The notes under the pieces are model-generated. The model was not told the DNA's origin. It worked only from the letters and a program-made list of their open reading frames with translations, and searched no databases. The position numbers were made by a program, and so were the translations under genes. This document shows, in pieces, positions 9,542-20,000 of a stretch of DNA of 64,000 nt (position 1 is the first letter of the stretch; the number at the start of each line of letters is the position of its first letter). This DNA comes from Candidatus Omnitrophota bacterium (GTDB lineage: Bacteria > Omnitrophota > Gorgyraeia > Zapsychrales > Fredricksoniimonadaceae). Location of the stretch: assembly GCA_037131245.1 (NCBI GenBank), contig JBAXRK010000012.1, positions 10,690-74,689 of the forward strand, in the 5' to 3' direction.

Positions 9542-11241
9542 TAAAAACCTCCCTGCTGCCAGGCCAGCTTATCGTCAATATCATTGGTAAAAGCGATAAA
9601 CGTGCTCATGGTCGGAAAATAAGGCGGCGACATCGCCGACTGCATGCGCGTATCGTAATTAAAATTGCGGGAAAAGCCGGACACGATCACGCCCGAGGAA
9701 GAATTGAAGGTCCCAAAGGCGCCGTAATTATTCGTAATAACACCGCCCAGGACAGTAACCGCGCCCCGGGGCGAAATAGTGTCATAATTGTCAACCGTGA
9801 AGATCCCCGACTTGGCCATGATCGTCGCATGCACATCCAGGGCGCTGGCACTGGTATTAATGCGCGCATTACCCTGCCAACTCACCAAGCCCAGCAAATT
9901 GGTTGCCCCCTCGGCGGTCGGGGCCACATATCCCGACGTTCCCAAGGTGCCGCTTGAAGGCGTATAGCTCTGGTATCGAAGGTTGTTATTGATCACCACA
10001 TCGTTACGCGCCGCGATCGTCATCTGATTATCAGACTGGACCGTCCCCGAAAGGCCGGTAATATTGCCGCGCACATAAACGATCGTGCCCACATTGCTGG
10101 CACCATCGGGTAAGCCGGTATAAGTCGTTGTCGTACCACCAGAAGTGACCAGTGTATGATTAGCCGCCTTATCAAGCGTGATGGTCTTGGCCGTCCCGCT
10201 GGAAGGGGTGACCACAATCACCTGCCGTCCGGACCCGTCCACGGTAAGCGCCATCGCGGCGTCCCCGTAAACATAGATCCCCCCCTTAAGCGCATTGGCC
10301 GCCGTCACCGGGACATAAATGCCGGTGCTCGAAATTGTCGTCCCGCCGGACGCCTCATTAGCCATGCTGGTCTCATCACTGCTGGTCGGTGTCGCGATTG
10401 TGGCCATGCCGCGGCTAAAACCATTGTCAAAAGTCGGCACATCCCTGGAACCGTTCACATCCGCGTCCAGAAGCACCGGATTATTGTTGTTATAGAACCG
10501 CGCCTGGGTCCCATGCTGTTGGACCGAATCCGTGAACGTCCCGCTGGGATTATAGGCGAAATTATACTGTCCGTTGGTGAACAAGGGGCCGGCGAACCGC
10601 GCCGTGCCCGTGAACCAGACATTCGTGCCATCGGGCATGGTCTGGGTATTAGTGAACAGCGCGTAACGGGCAAAATTGTCCTTCTGCACCCGCACGGTAA
10701 AATCGCCATGGAGCGTTGTCCGGCGGGTTTGCGAACCATTAGCGCCGGTCGCCTGGATCTTGAAATAAAAGGGGAAATCCCAGACGTTTGTCGACGGAGA
10801 CGTCGGATTGCTCTTTTGCGTGATGCGGATCGTATACCTGGCCGTCCCGTTATCCAACGCGGCGGACGTCCCCGTATAAACCGCCTCCGCGCCATTCTGG
10901 GTCAATAACTGGAGATAGGGGGAATCATTGTCGCGGACATACGCCATCAGCAACCCGACCCCGTTGGCCGTATTAGCGTAGGTCGTGGCATTACTGGCCA
11001 CAACGGACGGGCTGGTCCGGTTAACCGCTTCCAGCATGTAAACATTGATCAAATTCGATAGTGTCAAAAGGCCGCTATTTGCCCCCGCCTCGGCCGCATA
11101 CATTGCCTTACCGGCGCGGATCTCGATCTCGGACATTGTTTTTTCCCGCAACGCCACCATAACAAAAGCCGACGCCAGGGTGGTGATCATCACCAGGCAC
11201 ATCAGCGATATCGCCAACGCCACGCCACGATTATTATTCAT
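9541..11241 (-). CDS. PilX-like type IV pilus minor pilin / tip-associated protein
   Basis: The N-terminus NRGVALAISLMCLVMITTLASAFVMVAL...AMYAAEAGANSGL matches the PilX N-terminal pattern. The remaining 500 aa are T/G/N-rich and beta-rich. Confidence 0.6.
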   Translation of the reverse strand: MNNNRGVALAISLMCLVMITTLASAFVMVALREKTMSEIEIRAGKAMYAAEAGANSGLLTLSNLINVYMLEAVNRTSPSVVASNATTYANTANGVGLLMAYVRDNDSPYLQLLTQNGAEAVYTGTSAALDNGTARYTIRITQKSNPTSPSTNVWDFPFYFKIQATGANGSQTRRTTLHGDFTVRVQKDNFARYALFTNTQTMPDGTNVWFTGTARFAGPLFTNGQYNFAYNPSGTFTDSVQQHGTQARFYNNNNPVLLDADVNGSRDVPTFDNGFSRGMATIATPTSSDETSMANEASGGTTISSTGIYVPVTAANALKGGIYVYGDAAMALTVDGSGRQVIVVTPSSGTAKTITLDKAANHTLVTSGGTTTTYTGLPDGASNVGTIVYVRGNITGLSGTVQSDNQMTIAARNDVVINNNLRYQSYTPSSGTLGTSGYVAPTAEGATNLLGLVSWQGNARINTSASALDVHATIMAKSGIFTVDNYDTISPRGAVTVLGGVITNNYGAFGTFNSSSGVIVSGFSRNFNYDTRMQSAMSPPYFPTMSTFIAFTNDIDDKLAWQQGGF

Positions 11242-11251
11242 GCTGCCCTCC

Positions 11252-11914
11252 TCAATTCATCAGCCGGACATTCTGGCTGACCGTTTCCGTGACCATGCGA
11301 CTTGTCCCCGAAAGCTTCCGGGCCTTGACGACCAGGGACAAGGTCCGCGTCGCATTATTGAACGTGATCGACAACCCCGAAATATCCCGACCGATCACAG
11401 CACTCCCGACCGTCGCAAGATCCGGGCCCAGCACGCTGCGCACCAACTGCCCGGAGCTATTGACCGCGTATTTAATATATTTGTATTCCAGGACGGCGCA
11501 CGAGTTATTGGCATCCATGCAGGCGGAACCACCGCACCCCCAGGTCAAACCCGCCCCCCAATTAGCCGGATCACCGGAAGCATTAAGCAAGGTAGCTGTC
11601 GTGGAGCAAAGGATCGGCACCGAGAACCGGATCGTGTCCGTTCCACTCGCCCCCGCCCCGGCCGAGACCAGGAATTGCGCGTTATGCGCGCTGTCATAGC
11701 CAGTGTTACGTAACTCAAGCTCCATGCGTGATACTGCCTGACGCAACCCGTCCCGAAGCTGCGTCCCCATGGACATATCAAAAAAGATCGTCCGGGCATT
11801 ACCCATCAGGCCATAGACCACCGTGATCATGAACGCCAGGATCGCCATCGTGATCACGATCTCGACCAATACCAGCCCACTGCGGCCCCGGGCGCCCCGC
11901 CTCTTGGTGACCAT
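11252..11914 (-). CDS. Prepilin-type N-terminal cleavage/methylation domain protein (PilW-like)
   Basis: The internal ATG at 11914 gives MVTKRRGARGRSG|LVLVEIVITMAILAF, a class III signal with Glu at +5. It starts 8 nt after the upstream stop. The ORF-track start (12007) would overlap the upstream gene. Confidence 0.6.
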   Translation of the reverse strand: MVTKRRGARGRSGLVLVEIVITMAILAFMITVVYGLMGNARTIFFDMSMGTQLRDGLRQAVSRMELELRNTGYDSAHNAQFLVSAGAGASGTDTIRFSVPILCSTTATLLNASGDPANWGAGLTWGCGGSACMDANNSCAVLEYKYIKYAVNSSGQLVRSVLGPDLATVGSAVIGRDISGLSITFNNATRTLSLVVKARKLSGTSRMVTETVSQNVRLMN

Positions 11915-11921
11915 GAGGCGA

Positions 11922-12374
11922 TCAACCATAGATCTGCGTAATGATCTGCACATAAGAGCTGAATTCTCCATTTCCATCAACATGTTCACCCGCATCAGCG
12001 GTACCATTCAAATTCTTGTCGTCCCCGATCACCCGGCCGCCCTGCATCCTCCAGCAGAACACGATCTTGACCTTTAATAAATGCGCGCTGCTATTATTGA
12101 CATAGATCTTCCCGATACCGGTCAATCCGGCGGTGGTAAAAGTAGCTCCGTTGTAGGTGGAATAAATTTGAGCGAAGTTAGTGCTTTTGATCTCTTCGAT
12201 CTTACTTTTGACGGCATGGCTGGCGATCACCGCTCCCTGGCCGATCGCATTGAGTTCAATAGCCTTGATATAGCAGAGCAAGATCCCGATGACAGCGATC
12301 AAAATAATGGAAGTCGAAACAAGAACTTCGACTAACGACAAACCGGCACGCGACTTCCACAGGGCAATACGCAT
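11922..12374 (-). CDS. Prepilin-type N-terminal cleavage/methylation domain protein (PilV-like)
   Basis: The N-terminus MRIALWKSRAG|LSLVEVLVSTSIILIAVIGIL is a pilin-type signal with Glu+5. It is the first gene of the pilin cluster. Confidence 0.65.
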   Translation of the reverse strand: MRIALWKSRAGLSLVEVLVSTSIILIAVIGILLCYIKAIELNAIGQGAVIASHAVKSKIEEIKSTNFAQIYSTYNGATFTTAGLTGIGKIYVNNSSAHLLKVKIVFCWRMQGGRVIGDDKNLNGTADAGEHVDGNGEFSSYVQIITQIYG

Positions 12375-12481
12375 AACCCGCCCTCCTGATTTAAGTATAG
12401 ATGTTTATTTCATCATTATCCACCCGAACAACGTTCCTTCCATTGCTTTTTTTATCTATCTGTTCTATCATTCTAGGATCT

Positions 12482-12682
12482 ATGCAAATAACACTTAACG
12501 GACAGCCCAAAGATATTCCGAATAATACCTCTCTGGCGGCCCTGGTGGATCAGTACACCAAAGAGCCCACCCGGGTCGTGGCCGAACTCGACAGCGCTAT
12601 TGTCACACGCGATGCCTGGAGCCGCACTATCCTTAAACCCGGTTGCACGGTTGAGCTGGTCACTTTTGTCGGCGGCGGTTAA
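12482..12682 (+). CDS. thiS: Sulfur carrier protein ThiS
   Basis: 66 aa from the ATG at 12482 (MQITLNGQP...), ending in the diagnostic C-terminal GG (VTFVGGG). It is followed by thiG. Confidence 0.85.
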   Translation: MQITLNGQPKDIPNNTSLAALVDQYTKEPTRVVAELDSAIVTRDAWSRTILKPGCTVELVTFVGGG

Positions 12683-12687
12683 ATGAT

Positions 12688-13461
12688 ATGAATACTGATC
12701 AATTAGAGATAGCCGGTCAAAAATTCTCGAGCCGCTTTTTACTGGGCACGGGAAAATTCCGCAACAAAGGCGACCTTAAAGCGAGCATCATCGCCTGCGG
12801 GGCGCGGATCGTTACCGTCGCGCTGCGGCGCATCGACCTGGAGCGCCACGACGAGAACATCCTGGAATACATTCCGGAAGGCGTCACCCTCCTGACCAAC
12901 ACGTCGGGCGCGCGCACCGCGGTTGAAGCCGTCCGCATTGCCCGCCTGGCCAAAGCTGCCGGCCATGGGAACTGGGTCAAGATCGAGGTCATCAACGATT
13001 CCAAGTATCTCCTCCCCGATAATGAAGAAACCGTGAAGGCCACCGAGATCCTAAGCGCCGAAGGCTTTATCGTGCTGCCTTACGTTTCGCCGGACCTTTA
13101 TATCGCCCGCCGCCTGGTAAAAGCCGGCGCCGCGGCGGTCATGCCCCTGGGCTCGTTCATCGGATCCAATATGGGCCTGCGCACCAGGGAATTCATCAAG
13201 GTCCTTATTGACGAGATCACACTCCCCGTTATTGTGGACGCCGGGATCGGCGCGCCTTCACAGGCCTGCGAGGCCATGGAACTCGGCGCGGCCGCTGTCC
13301 TGGTGAATACCGCCGTGGCTATTGCCGATAATCCACCGATGCTCGCTAAAGCTTTTTCCCAGGCCGTTGAAGCCGGCCGGGCCGGTTTTTTAAGCGGCCT
13401 CCCGGCTAAACGACCCCAGGGCGAAGCCTCTTCCCCCTTAACAGGATTCCTTTTTGAATGA
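12688..13461 (+). CDS. thiG: Thiazole synthase
   Basis: 257 aa with ThiG-like sequence throughout (FSSRFLLGTGKF, LPDNEETVKA, VMPLGSFIGSN, VDAGIGAPSQA). Confidence 0.95.
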   Translation: MNTDQLEIAGQKFSSRFLLGTGKFRNKGDLKASIIACGARIVTVALRRIDLERHDENILEYIPEGVTLLTNTSGARTAVEAVRIARLAKAAGHGNWVKIEVINDSKYLLPDNEETVKATEILSAEGFIVLPYVSPDLYIARRLVKAGAAAVMPLGSFIGSNMGLRTREFIKVLIDEITLPVIVDAGIGAPSQACEAMELGAAAVLVNTAVAIADNPPMLAKAFSQAVEAGRAGFLSGLPAKRPQGEASSPLTGFLFE

Positions 13462-14474
13462 ACGCCTCGCGCCAACAGATCCAGGACATTCTGGGCGATG
13501 ACAGCCGCGAGAACCTTGAAAGCCTGGCGCAGCAAGCCGCCGCGCTCACCCGGCAATATTTCGGGCGCGCGGTCGGGCTGTACACGCCGCTTTACCTTTC
13601 CAACCACTGCTCAAGCCATTGCGTTTACTGCGGCTTTCACAGCCATCACAAGATCGAGCGCATCAAGCTCACGCCCGCGCAAATTGATGCCGAAATGCAA
13701 GCCATCGCCTCCACCGGTGTGCGGAACATCCTGCTTCTGACGGGTGAATCACCCGGGGCGACGCCGCTAGATTACCTCAAAGAAAGCGTCACTCTGGCGA
13801 AAAAATATTTCCAGGGTATCGCGCTTGAGGTGTATCCGATGGAAGAACAGGATTACCACGCCCTTTACAAGGCCGGCGTCGATGGCGTCACGATCTACCA
13901 GGAGACCTATGACCGCTTGCGTTATGCTGAAGTCCATCTAGGCGGGCAAAAAAAGGACTACGACTTCCGCCGGGGCGCGCCTGAACGCCTGGTCCGCGCC
14001 GGCATGAGGCAGGTGTCGCTGGGCATACTCCTAGGCCTCGGCCCACTGGCTGGCGACCTGCACGATCTCTACAGCCACCTGAAGGAACTCGAGACCGAAT
14101 TCCCGGGTGTCGAATACAGCCTGTCTTTCCCGCGGCTGCGCACGATCAACGCGAAAACATTCGCGGGCATTCCCGTTGACGATATCACCTTCGTCAAGAT
14201 CCTGTGCCTGACCCGGCTGCTTTTCCCCCGCGTGGGGATCAACCTCTCGACCCGCGAATCGGCGGCTTTCCGCAACCGGGCCTTGGGGCTCTCCATCACT
14301 AGAATATCCGTCGGGTCAAAAACATCGGTTGGCGGGTATAAGGACCCAAATGAAGCCGGAGCCCCGCAATTTGACATTGCTGATGAGCGCAGCACCGCCG
14401 ACACGATCGCTTACCTGAAAGCCAACGGCTTCGACCCTGTTTTTACGGACTGGCGGCGGATCGAGAACTCATGA
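13458..14474 (+). CDS. thiH: 2-iminoacetate synthase (radical SAM)
   Basis: It carries the radical-SAM cluster motif CSSHCVYCGF and sits between thiG and thiF with 4-nt overlaps on both sides. Confidence 0.85.
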   Translation: MNASRQQIQDILGDDSRENLESLAQQAAALTRQYFGRAVGLYTPLYLSNHCSSHCVYCGFHSHHKIERIKLTPAQIDAEMQAIASTGVRNILLLTGESPGATPLDYLKESVTLAKKYFQGIALEVYPMEEQDYHALYKAGVDGVTIYQETYDRLRYAEVHLGGQKKDYDFRRGAPERLVRAGMRQVSLGILLGLGPLAGDLHDLYSHLKELETEFPGVEYSLSFPRLRTINAKTFAGIPVDDITFVKILCLTRLLFPRVGINLSTRESAAFRNRALGLSITRISVGSKTSVGGYKDPNEAGAPQFDIADERSTADTIAYLKANGFDPVFTDWRRIENS

Positions 14475-15082
14475 ACATTTTCGAGACCGGCCTGCTGCGC
14501 TACTTTCAACCAGAACAACTGGCGATCATCCAGCGAAGAAAGATCGGCATTGCCGGCGCCGGCGGGCTGGGATCGAATATCTGCGCCGCGCTGGTCCGCA
14601 CGGGATTCAAACATATCGAGATCCTCGATAAAGATATCGTTGAAGCCTCCAACCTCAACCGGCAGGATTATATTCTGGCCGATATCGGGAAGCCCAAAGT
14701 CGATTGCCTCAAAAGCCGAATGCTCGCGATCAATCCCGACCTGCAGCTGACCGTTCATCAGCGCGAATGGACACCCGCCGATAATGCCGGCCTATTCGTG
14801 GAAGCGGATATTATTGTGGAAGCTTTAGATAAAGCAGACATCAAGACGCAATTCGTGGAATACTACGCGCCCCGGGCACCTTTCGTGATTAGCGGCAATG
14901 GAATGTCCGGGCTCAACACGACAACATCCGCGACAACCGTCCGTAAAATCGGCAACATCTACCTCGTTGGCGACGGTGTCACCTCCATCCACGACGGGCA
15001 CCCCGCTCTTGCCCCGCGCGTCATTCAATGCGCAGCTAAGATGGCTGAAGTCGTGTTATCCCTTACTATTCAAAGTTACTGA
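14471..15082 (+). CDS. thiF: ThiS adenylyltransferase, short ThiF family
   Basis: It has the Rossmann motif IGIAGAGGLGSNICAALVRTG and the ASNLNRQ motif. It is the last gene of the thi operon and converges on mnmG with a 7-nt overlap. Confidence 0.8.
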   Translation: MNIFETGLLRYFQPEQLAIIQRRKIGIAGAGGLGSNICAALVRTGFKHIEILDKDIVEASNLNRQDYILADIGKPKVDCLKSRMLAINPDLQLTVHQREWTPADNAGLFVEADIIVEALDKADIKTQFVEYYAPRAPFVISGNGMSGLNTTTSATTVRKIGNIYLVGDGVTSIHDGHPALAPRVIQCAAKMAEVVLSLTIQSY

Positions 15083-16944
15083 GTAAAATACTTACGCAAA
15101 GCGATCATGAGGAGCGAGATCGCGGCGGGCGTCATGCCGGAAATGCGGTTGGCCTGGCCAAGCGTGGCGGGTTTGAAATGCTGCAGCTTCTGGCGGACTT
15201 CGAAAGAAAGCCCATGAACATCCCCGAAAGAAAATCCTTCCGGCACTTTGATATTCTCTAAATGACGGAATTTCTCGACTTCTTTACGCTGACGGTCCAT
15301 GAACCCTTCATACTTGAGCTCATATTCGATCTCCTCCGCCACTGCCGGGCTGAGCGACGACAAGAAAGGATCGAACTCGGCGATGTCCTTAAAAGAAACT
15401 TCAGGCCGGCGCAAGATCTGCGCCAGCTTGTTATTCTGCGCCAGGACCGTGGTCCCGAGTTTCTCCAGGACCAGATTGATCTCAAGTGGCCGAACATACG
15501 TCGCTTCCAGGACCTCTTTCCCCCGGCGGATATTTGCCGCCTTCTTCTCAATAAGGGCGAAGTCCGCTTCCGTCATTAACCCGAACCGGCGCGCGTGATG
15601 CGCCAGGCGCAGGTCGGTATTATCCTCACGCACCAGCAGGCGATACTCGACGCGAGACGTGAACATTCGATACGGCTCATTCGTTCCTTTAGTTATAAGG
15701 TCATCAATGAGAACTCCGGTATATGCCTCGTCACGCCCCAGGATGAACGGGGCCTCGCCTTTAACTGTCAGCGCCGCGTTAATACCCGCCACCATTCCCT
15801 GCGCCGCGGCTTCCTCGTAACCTGTGGTGCCGTTGAGCTGACCGGCGAAGAACAGGCCCAGGACGCGCTTGGACTCAAGGGTCGCCTTAAGCTCCTCAGC
15901 GTAAATAACCGCATGCTCAATGGAATAACCGTATTTCAGGAACTCGACCTTTTCCAACCCCTCAATGCTGCGCACAAATTCTTCCTGGACCTTCTCGGGC
16001 AAACCGGTTGAGATCCCGTTAGGATAAACGACCGGGGTACCTACGCCATCGGGTTCAAGAAAGACATGATGCGTTTCTTTATCGCCAAATTTCTTCAATT
16101 TGTCTTCGATCGAAGGGCAATACCTCACACCGGTAGCGTCGATCTGGCCGGAATACATCGGCGACAAATGAAAATTATCACGGATGATCTGATGCGTGCG
16201 CGCGTTGGTATGGGTGATCCAGCAAGGCAGCATGGCCTGATCTACCGGGACAAACGGCGTGCGGAAAGAAAATGGCACCGGAGGAACGTCGGAATCCTGC
16301 CGGCGCATCTTTGAATAATCGATGGTCCGGCCATCCAGGCGAGGCGGGGTGCCGGTCTTAAAATTGCGCAACACGAAACCAAGCGCCTCAATGCTGCGGG
16401 CGAGTTCCAAAGATGGTTTTTCGTCAATACGGCCACCGGGCGTTATGGTCGGGCCGCAATGCAAACGGCCGTTAAGGAACGTTCCGGCCGTGATAACAAC
16501 ACAGGGGGCTTCAAACATCTGGCCATCGACAGTGCGTACACCGCAAATTTTCCCGCCACGCACCAGGATCTCGGCCGCCTCTCCCGCATAAAAGTCCAAA
16601 TTGGCCTGCGCGCGTACCACCTTCTGCATGTATTCACGATAGCGCGCCCGATCCGACTGACAGCGCGATGATCGTACCGCAACGCCTTTAGAAGAATTCA
16701 AGCGGCGGAACTGGACACTCGTGCGATCAGCGGCCAAGCCCATTTCGCCGCCAAGAACATCGACCTCTTTAACGAGCTGGCCCTTACCCACCCCGCCAAT
16801 AGCGGGATTGCAGCTCATCTGGCCAATAGTATCAAAGGAATAATTGATCATGAGCGTGGGAACGCCCATGCGCGCCGGTGCGAGCGCCGCTTCAACCCCG
16901 GCGTGACCGGCACCAATGACAATAACGGAATATTCCTTCTTCAT
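15076..16944 (-). CDS. mnmG: tRNA uridine 5-carboxymethylaminomethyl modification enzyme MnmG (GidA)
   Basis: 622 aa with the FAD motif VIVIGAGHAGVEAA and MnmG-like sequence throughout (MSCNPAIGG, FFAGQLNGTTGYEEAAAQG). Confidence 0.97.
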   Translation of the reverse strand: MKKEYSVIVIGAGHAGVEAALAPARMGVPTLMINYSFDTIGQMSCNPAIGGVGKGQLVKEVDVLGGEMGLAADRTSVQFRRLNSSKGVAVRSSRCQSDRARYREYMQKVVRAQANLDFYAGEAAEILVRGGKICGVRTVDGQMFEAPCVVITAGTFLNGRLHCGPTITPGGRIDEKPSLELARSIEALGFVLRNFKTGTPPRLDGRTIDYSKMRRQDSDVPPVPFSFRTPFVPVDQAMLPCWITHTNARTHQIIRDNFHLSPMYSGQIDATGVRYCPSIEDKLKKFGDKETHHVFLEPDGVGTPVVYPNGISTGLPEKVQEEFVRSIEGLEKVEFLKYGYSIEHAVIYAEELKATLESKRVLGLFFAGQLNGTTGYEEAAAQGMVAGINAALTVKGEAPFILGRDEAYTGVLIDDLITKGTNEPYRMFTSRVEYRLLVREDNTDLRLAHHARRFGLMTEADFALIEKKAANIRRGKEVLEATYVRPLEINLVLEKLGTTVLAQNNKLAQILRRPEVSFKDIAEFDPFLSSLSPAVAEEIEYELKYEGFMDRQRKEVEKFRHLENIKVPEGFSFGDVHGLSFEVRQKLQHFKPATLGQANRISGMTPAAISLLMIALRKYFTQ

Positions 16945-16980
16945 AGCGGTCTAAAATAACAAAGAAATCACACAGCGTCC

Positions 16981-17030
16981 ATAAAAGATTATCCCCATGG
17001 CGCGACGAGCGCACCATGGGGATAAAAAAA
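16981..17030 (-). terminator. Putative rho-independent terminator after the 1,204-aa gene
   Basis: A perfect 11-bp inverted repeat, TATCCCCATGG (16990-17000) / CCATGGGGATA (17014-17024), has a 13-nt loop. On the minus strand it is followed by AUCUUUUAU. It lies 20 nt downstream of the stop at 17046. An A-run on the other side makes it look bidirectional. Confidence 0.5.
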
Positions 17031-17045
17031 CTTAACCGGCCGTTC

Positions 17046-20000
17046 TTACTTAAGGATCATCATGATATCTGCCACCGGCTTGATATCAATGATCACGCCC
17101 TTAAGGCCCGGGGAACTCATGATCATCCGTTCGATCGCGGCGTCATCAACTACCCCCGCGGTAAGCTCACCCTGACGCATCACACTGATATCGCGGGCGT
17201 CGATACCACCTTCAACCTGAACCTTCCCGGCATTGTCGCTGTCCGGCGACAGGCCTTCCTCACCGGCTGGCTGGTTGCGGTCATCAGTAATAACACCATG
17301 ATCCCCCACCACCGGGCCTTCTCCCGCTGGCATCGGATTAACTTCATCGTCGGACTTCTCCGCCGCGTCCCTCACGATGGCGGTAAAGATCGCCATCGTA
17401 GCGCGAATATCATTCTCAAGCTGCCGAAGCTGTTTGGCCGTCGGCCTGCCGTTCGGCTTGCCATCCAACCCGATCACCAGGACCTCACTCTGACCGCGTC
17501 CCTCGACAACCGCCCTGTTACTCCACGAAAATGGATACTCCACACCAGCTATCGTACGGCTGAACAAACGGCCGCGATATTCCTGACGCGCCCGCTCAAG
17601 GGACACCTTCAAAAAATACGTGATCAGATCAGTATCCACGCCCCACAGGCCGATCTCACCGCTCAAGCCCAGGACCAACCCCGCCCCGCCATCGCGGGTC
17701 ATAACTCGGCGCATCGAATCGCCCGGCCCTGTTTTAAAATGGCCTTCGATCGTCCTGATCGCTTCCTCAAGCTTGCTCAGTTCATATGTCCTGGTCTTGC
17801 GATTAACCGTTATCTTGACCGTTTGATATTTTTTTACCACCGGAAGCACGATCGTGCCAGGCCGGATATTCTCCGCCGCGTCAACCACCACAACCACTTT
17901 CGGCACATCCGCGTGGCCGAACGTAAACGTATAGATCGTCGGTTCACCGATCAAATACGATGCCACATTCTCATGGCTGACCTCATCCTCGAACATATAA
18001 TGCAGCACCATATCATCAGCAGCCAGCGAGCCAAGCTCTTTACCAGATGCCACGGACCATGTTCCGGGAATATTCCCGGTGATCTTTTTTAGCGCCCTCA
18101 CCAGGCCCACCGTACGGCCATCCCTCAAGTCGTTCATAAAACCCTTGAGCACAATCGACTTGATCCGGTCCCTGACCGTCCAGGACGTGGTATCCGCTTG
18201 AGACGCGTCGGTCATCATGCCTTGGACGATCGTGCTAACGAGCGCCAGCCACAAAGGGCGGTTGGTCGTGTCCTCATTAAGCAAGATGTCCGGGTTCTTA
18301 TATTTCTGCATAATCGGCTGGACGAAATCATTATAAAACCCCTGCGGATCAGCGTCAATGAACTCACGCAAATTGGCAACAGACAATGAATCCTCCGTAC
18401 GAAGGGTTTTCTGCATCGTTGTCTCAAGGACGCCGAAGAAACTGCCTTTAGCCTTGCTCTTAAAGGCATCGATCTGACCCTGCAGATCAAGATCGGCCCT
18501 TTCGTTGTTCACTCCGACCGCCATACCAGAAAGAAGCGTCGCAAAGATCCTGCCTAGCTCCGCCGTTTTAGCCGGATCGGCCAAAGACGCCCCGAGAGAC
18601 GCCGACGTTTTCCTTAATACGGCCAGGATATCCCGGTCGGTGGCTGGCGACAGTTGGAATCTCATTCTCCTGATAACCGACAGCGCGCGCTCTTTTCTGT
18701 ACTGAAGCTCGCCGCGGCTATTAAGGCTTTCTTTGACGATCAGCATGCCCGGGATCATCGCGGCCAGCGCGGCAATATCCCCGTAGATACCGTATTTAAC
18801 CACTGTCACAAGATAAGCCGACAAAAGTAGAAACGTCAACCCCATGCCCATCGTAAAACGATTCGACAAGCGCTGCTCGCTATGCGCCTGCAGAAAAGAC
18901 CTCAGGCGCAGCAGATCGTCCTTGATCTTTGCGTCGCTAGCGCTGATATTCGTTGATTTGAACCGGCTCTGACCAAGCACGCCTTCGATCGTCTTCACCG
19001 CCGTTTTAGCCAGTGCTACCGCCTGAGCGGCGTTAAGCTTACCGTTACCCGCAGCAGACGCGACAGCCGCTGCAAGTTCGGCCATGGCCTTATCGGGCAT
19101 TCTATTCAAAATAACTTTTTTAACCTCAAGACCGTATGCGGCCAGGAACGCGGTCAGAAAATTCGCTTCCTGATCGAGCCCCAGCGCGGCCGGGCCTTTA
19201 ACGGTCACTTCCCGCTGCCGCTCGATCGACACGCGAACCCATGTTCCGTCTGAGAACGCCACACGCACGCCGTTCTTCGCGTTGAAATTAAAAAAACCTT
19301 TATGGTACCAGGAGGCATCCAGATCGACCGGCTTTTTATTCGTCCCAAGCTGAAGGATCCGGATCGAGGTGACCGTCGCGCCCGCCGCCTTGGTCGTCAG
19401 CACCTTATTGACCACGCCGGCTATCGCCTCGGGATCCCTGATCAGCGCCGTCGTCAACGCCTTGATATCGCCGGAGGAGGTGACCCGGGCATCGATCCTG
19501 GTCGCGCCCTCTTCATTGATCGTATCCGGCACAACGTTACCAACCTGCGACGCATCGGAAAGCTCTACGCGAATCAGCCTGGCATCTTTCGGTTTTTCGG
19601 CAGCGTCAAGGCTCTGCGCGTGATTAAGACCGACCTTCCTCGTCACATCCACGCCACCCGAAAAATACTTACGCGGCATGACCTCAGCCGAACCATCCAC
19701 CACCGGGCGGCTTTCTTCCTTAATGTAGTTGAACACGCCCTTCTTATAAGCTTCCATGTACTGCTGATAGATCTTTTCACGGTTAGCCGGATCACTCACG
19801 TCCACACCCGCCACCTTACCCTGACCGGCGTAAGCACGGTTAAGCACGCTCTCTTTGACCGCGTCCTGATACCATTGGGCGAGCACCAGTGAATACATCG
19901 ATTGGCGCAAGCTGGCAAAATTAGCGCCCTCGTTCACTTCTTTCTCAATAACCGGAATAATGACCGAACGCAAAACCTGTTTGGAAAGTTCCTGCGCTTC

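Noticed and set aside
12375-12481. Expected TPP (THI-box) riboswitch in the leader of thiSGHF
   Set aside because: I looked for the conserved CUGAGA and ACCUGAUCUGGAUAAUGCCAGCG-like elements on the plus strand and found neither. The 107-nt region is AT-rich and looks like a plain divergent promoter region. A covariance-model scan (Rfam RF00059) would be decisive.
17016-18092. 358-aa plus-strand ORF
   Set aside because: It lies entirely antisense to the 1,204-aa minus-strand gene. Its translation is R/H/P-rich with no motifs. The minus frame is supported by a paralog and a signal peptide. This is a typical shadow ORF in GC-rich coding DNA.
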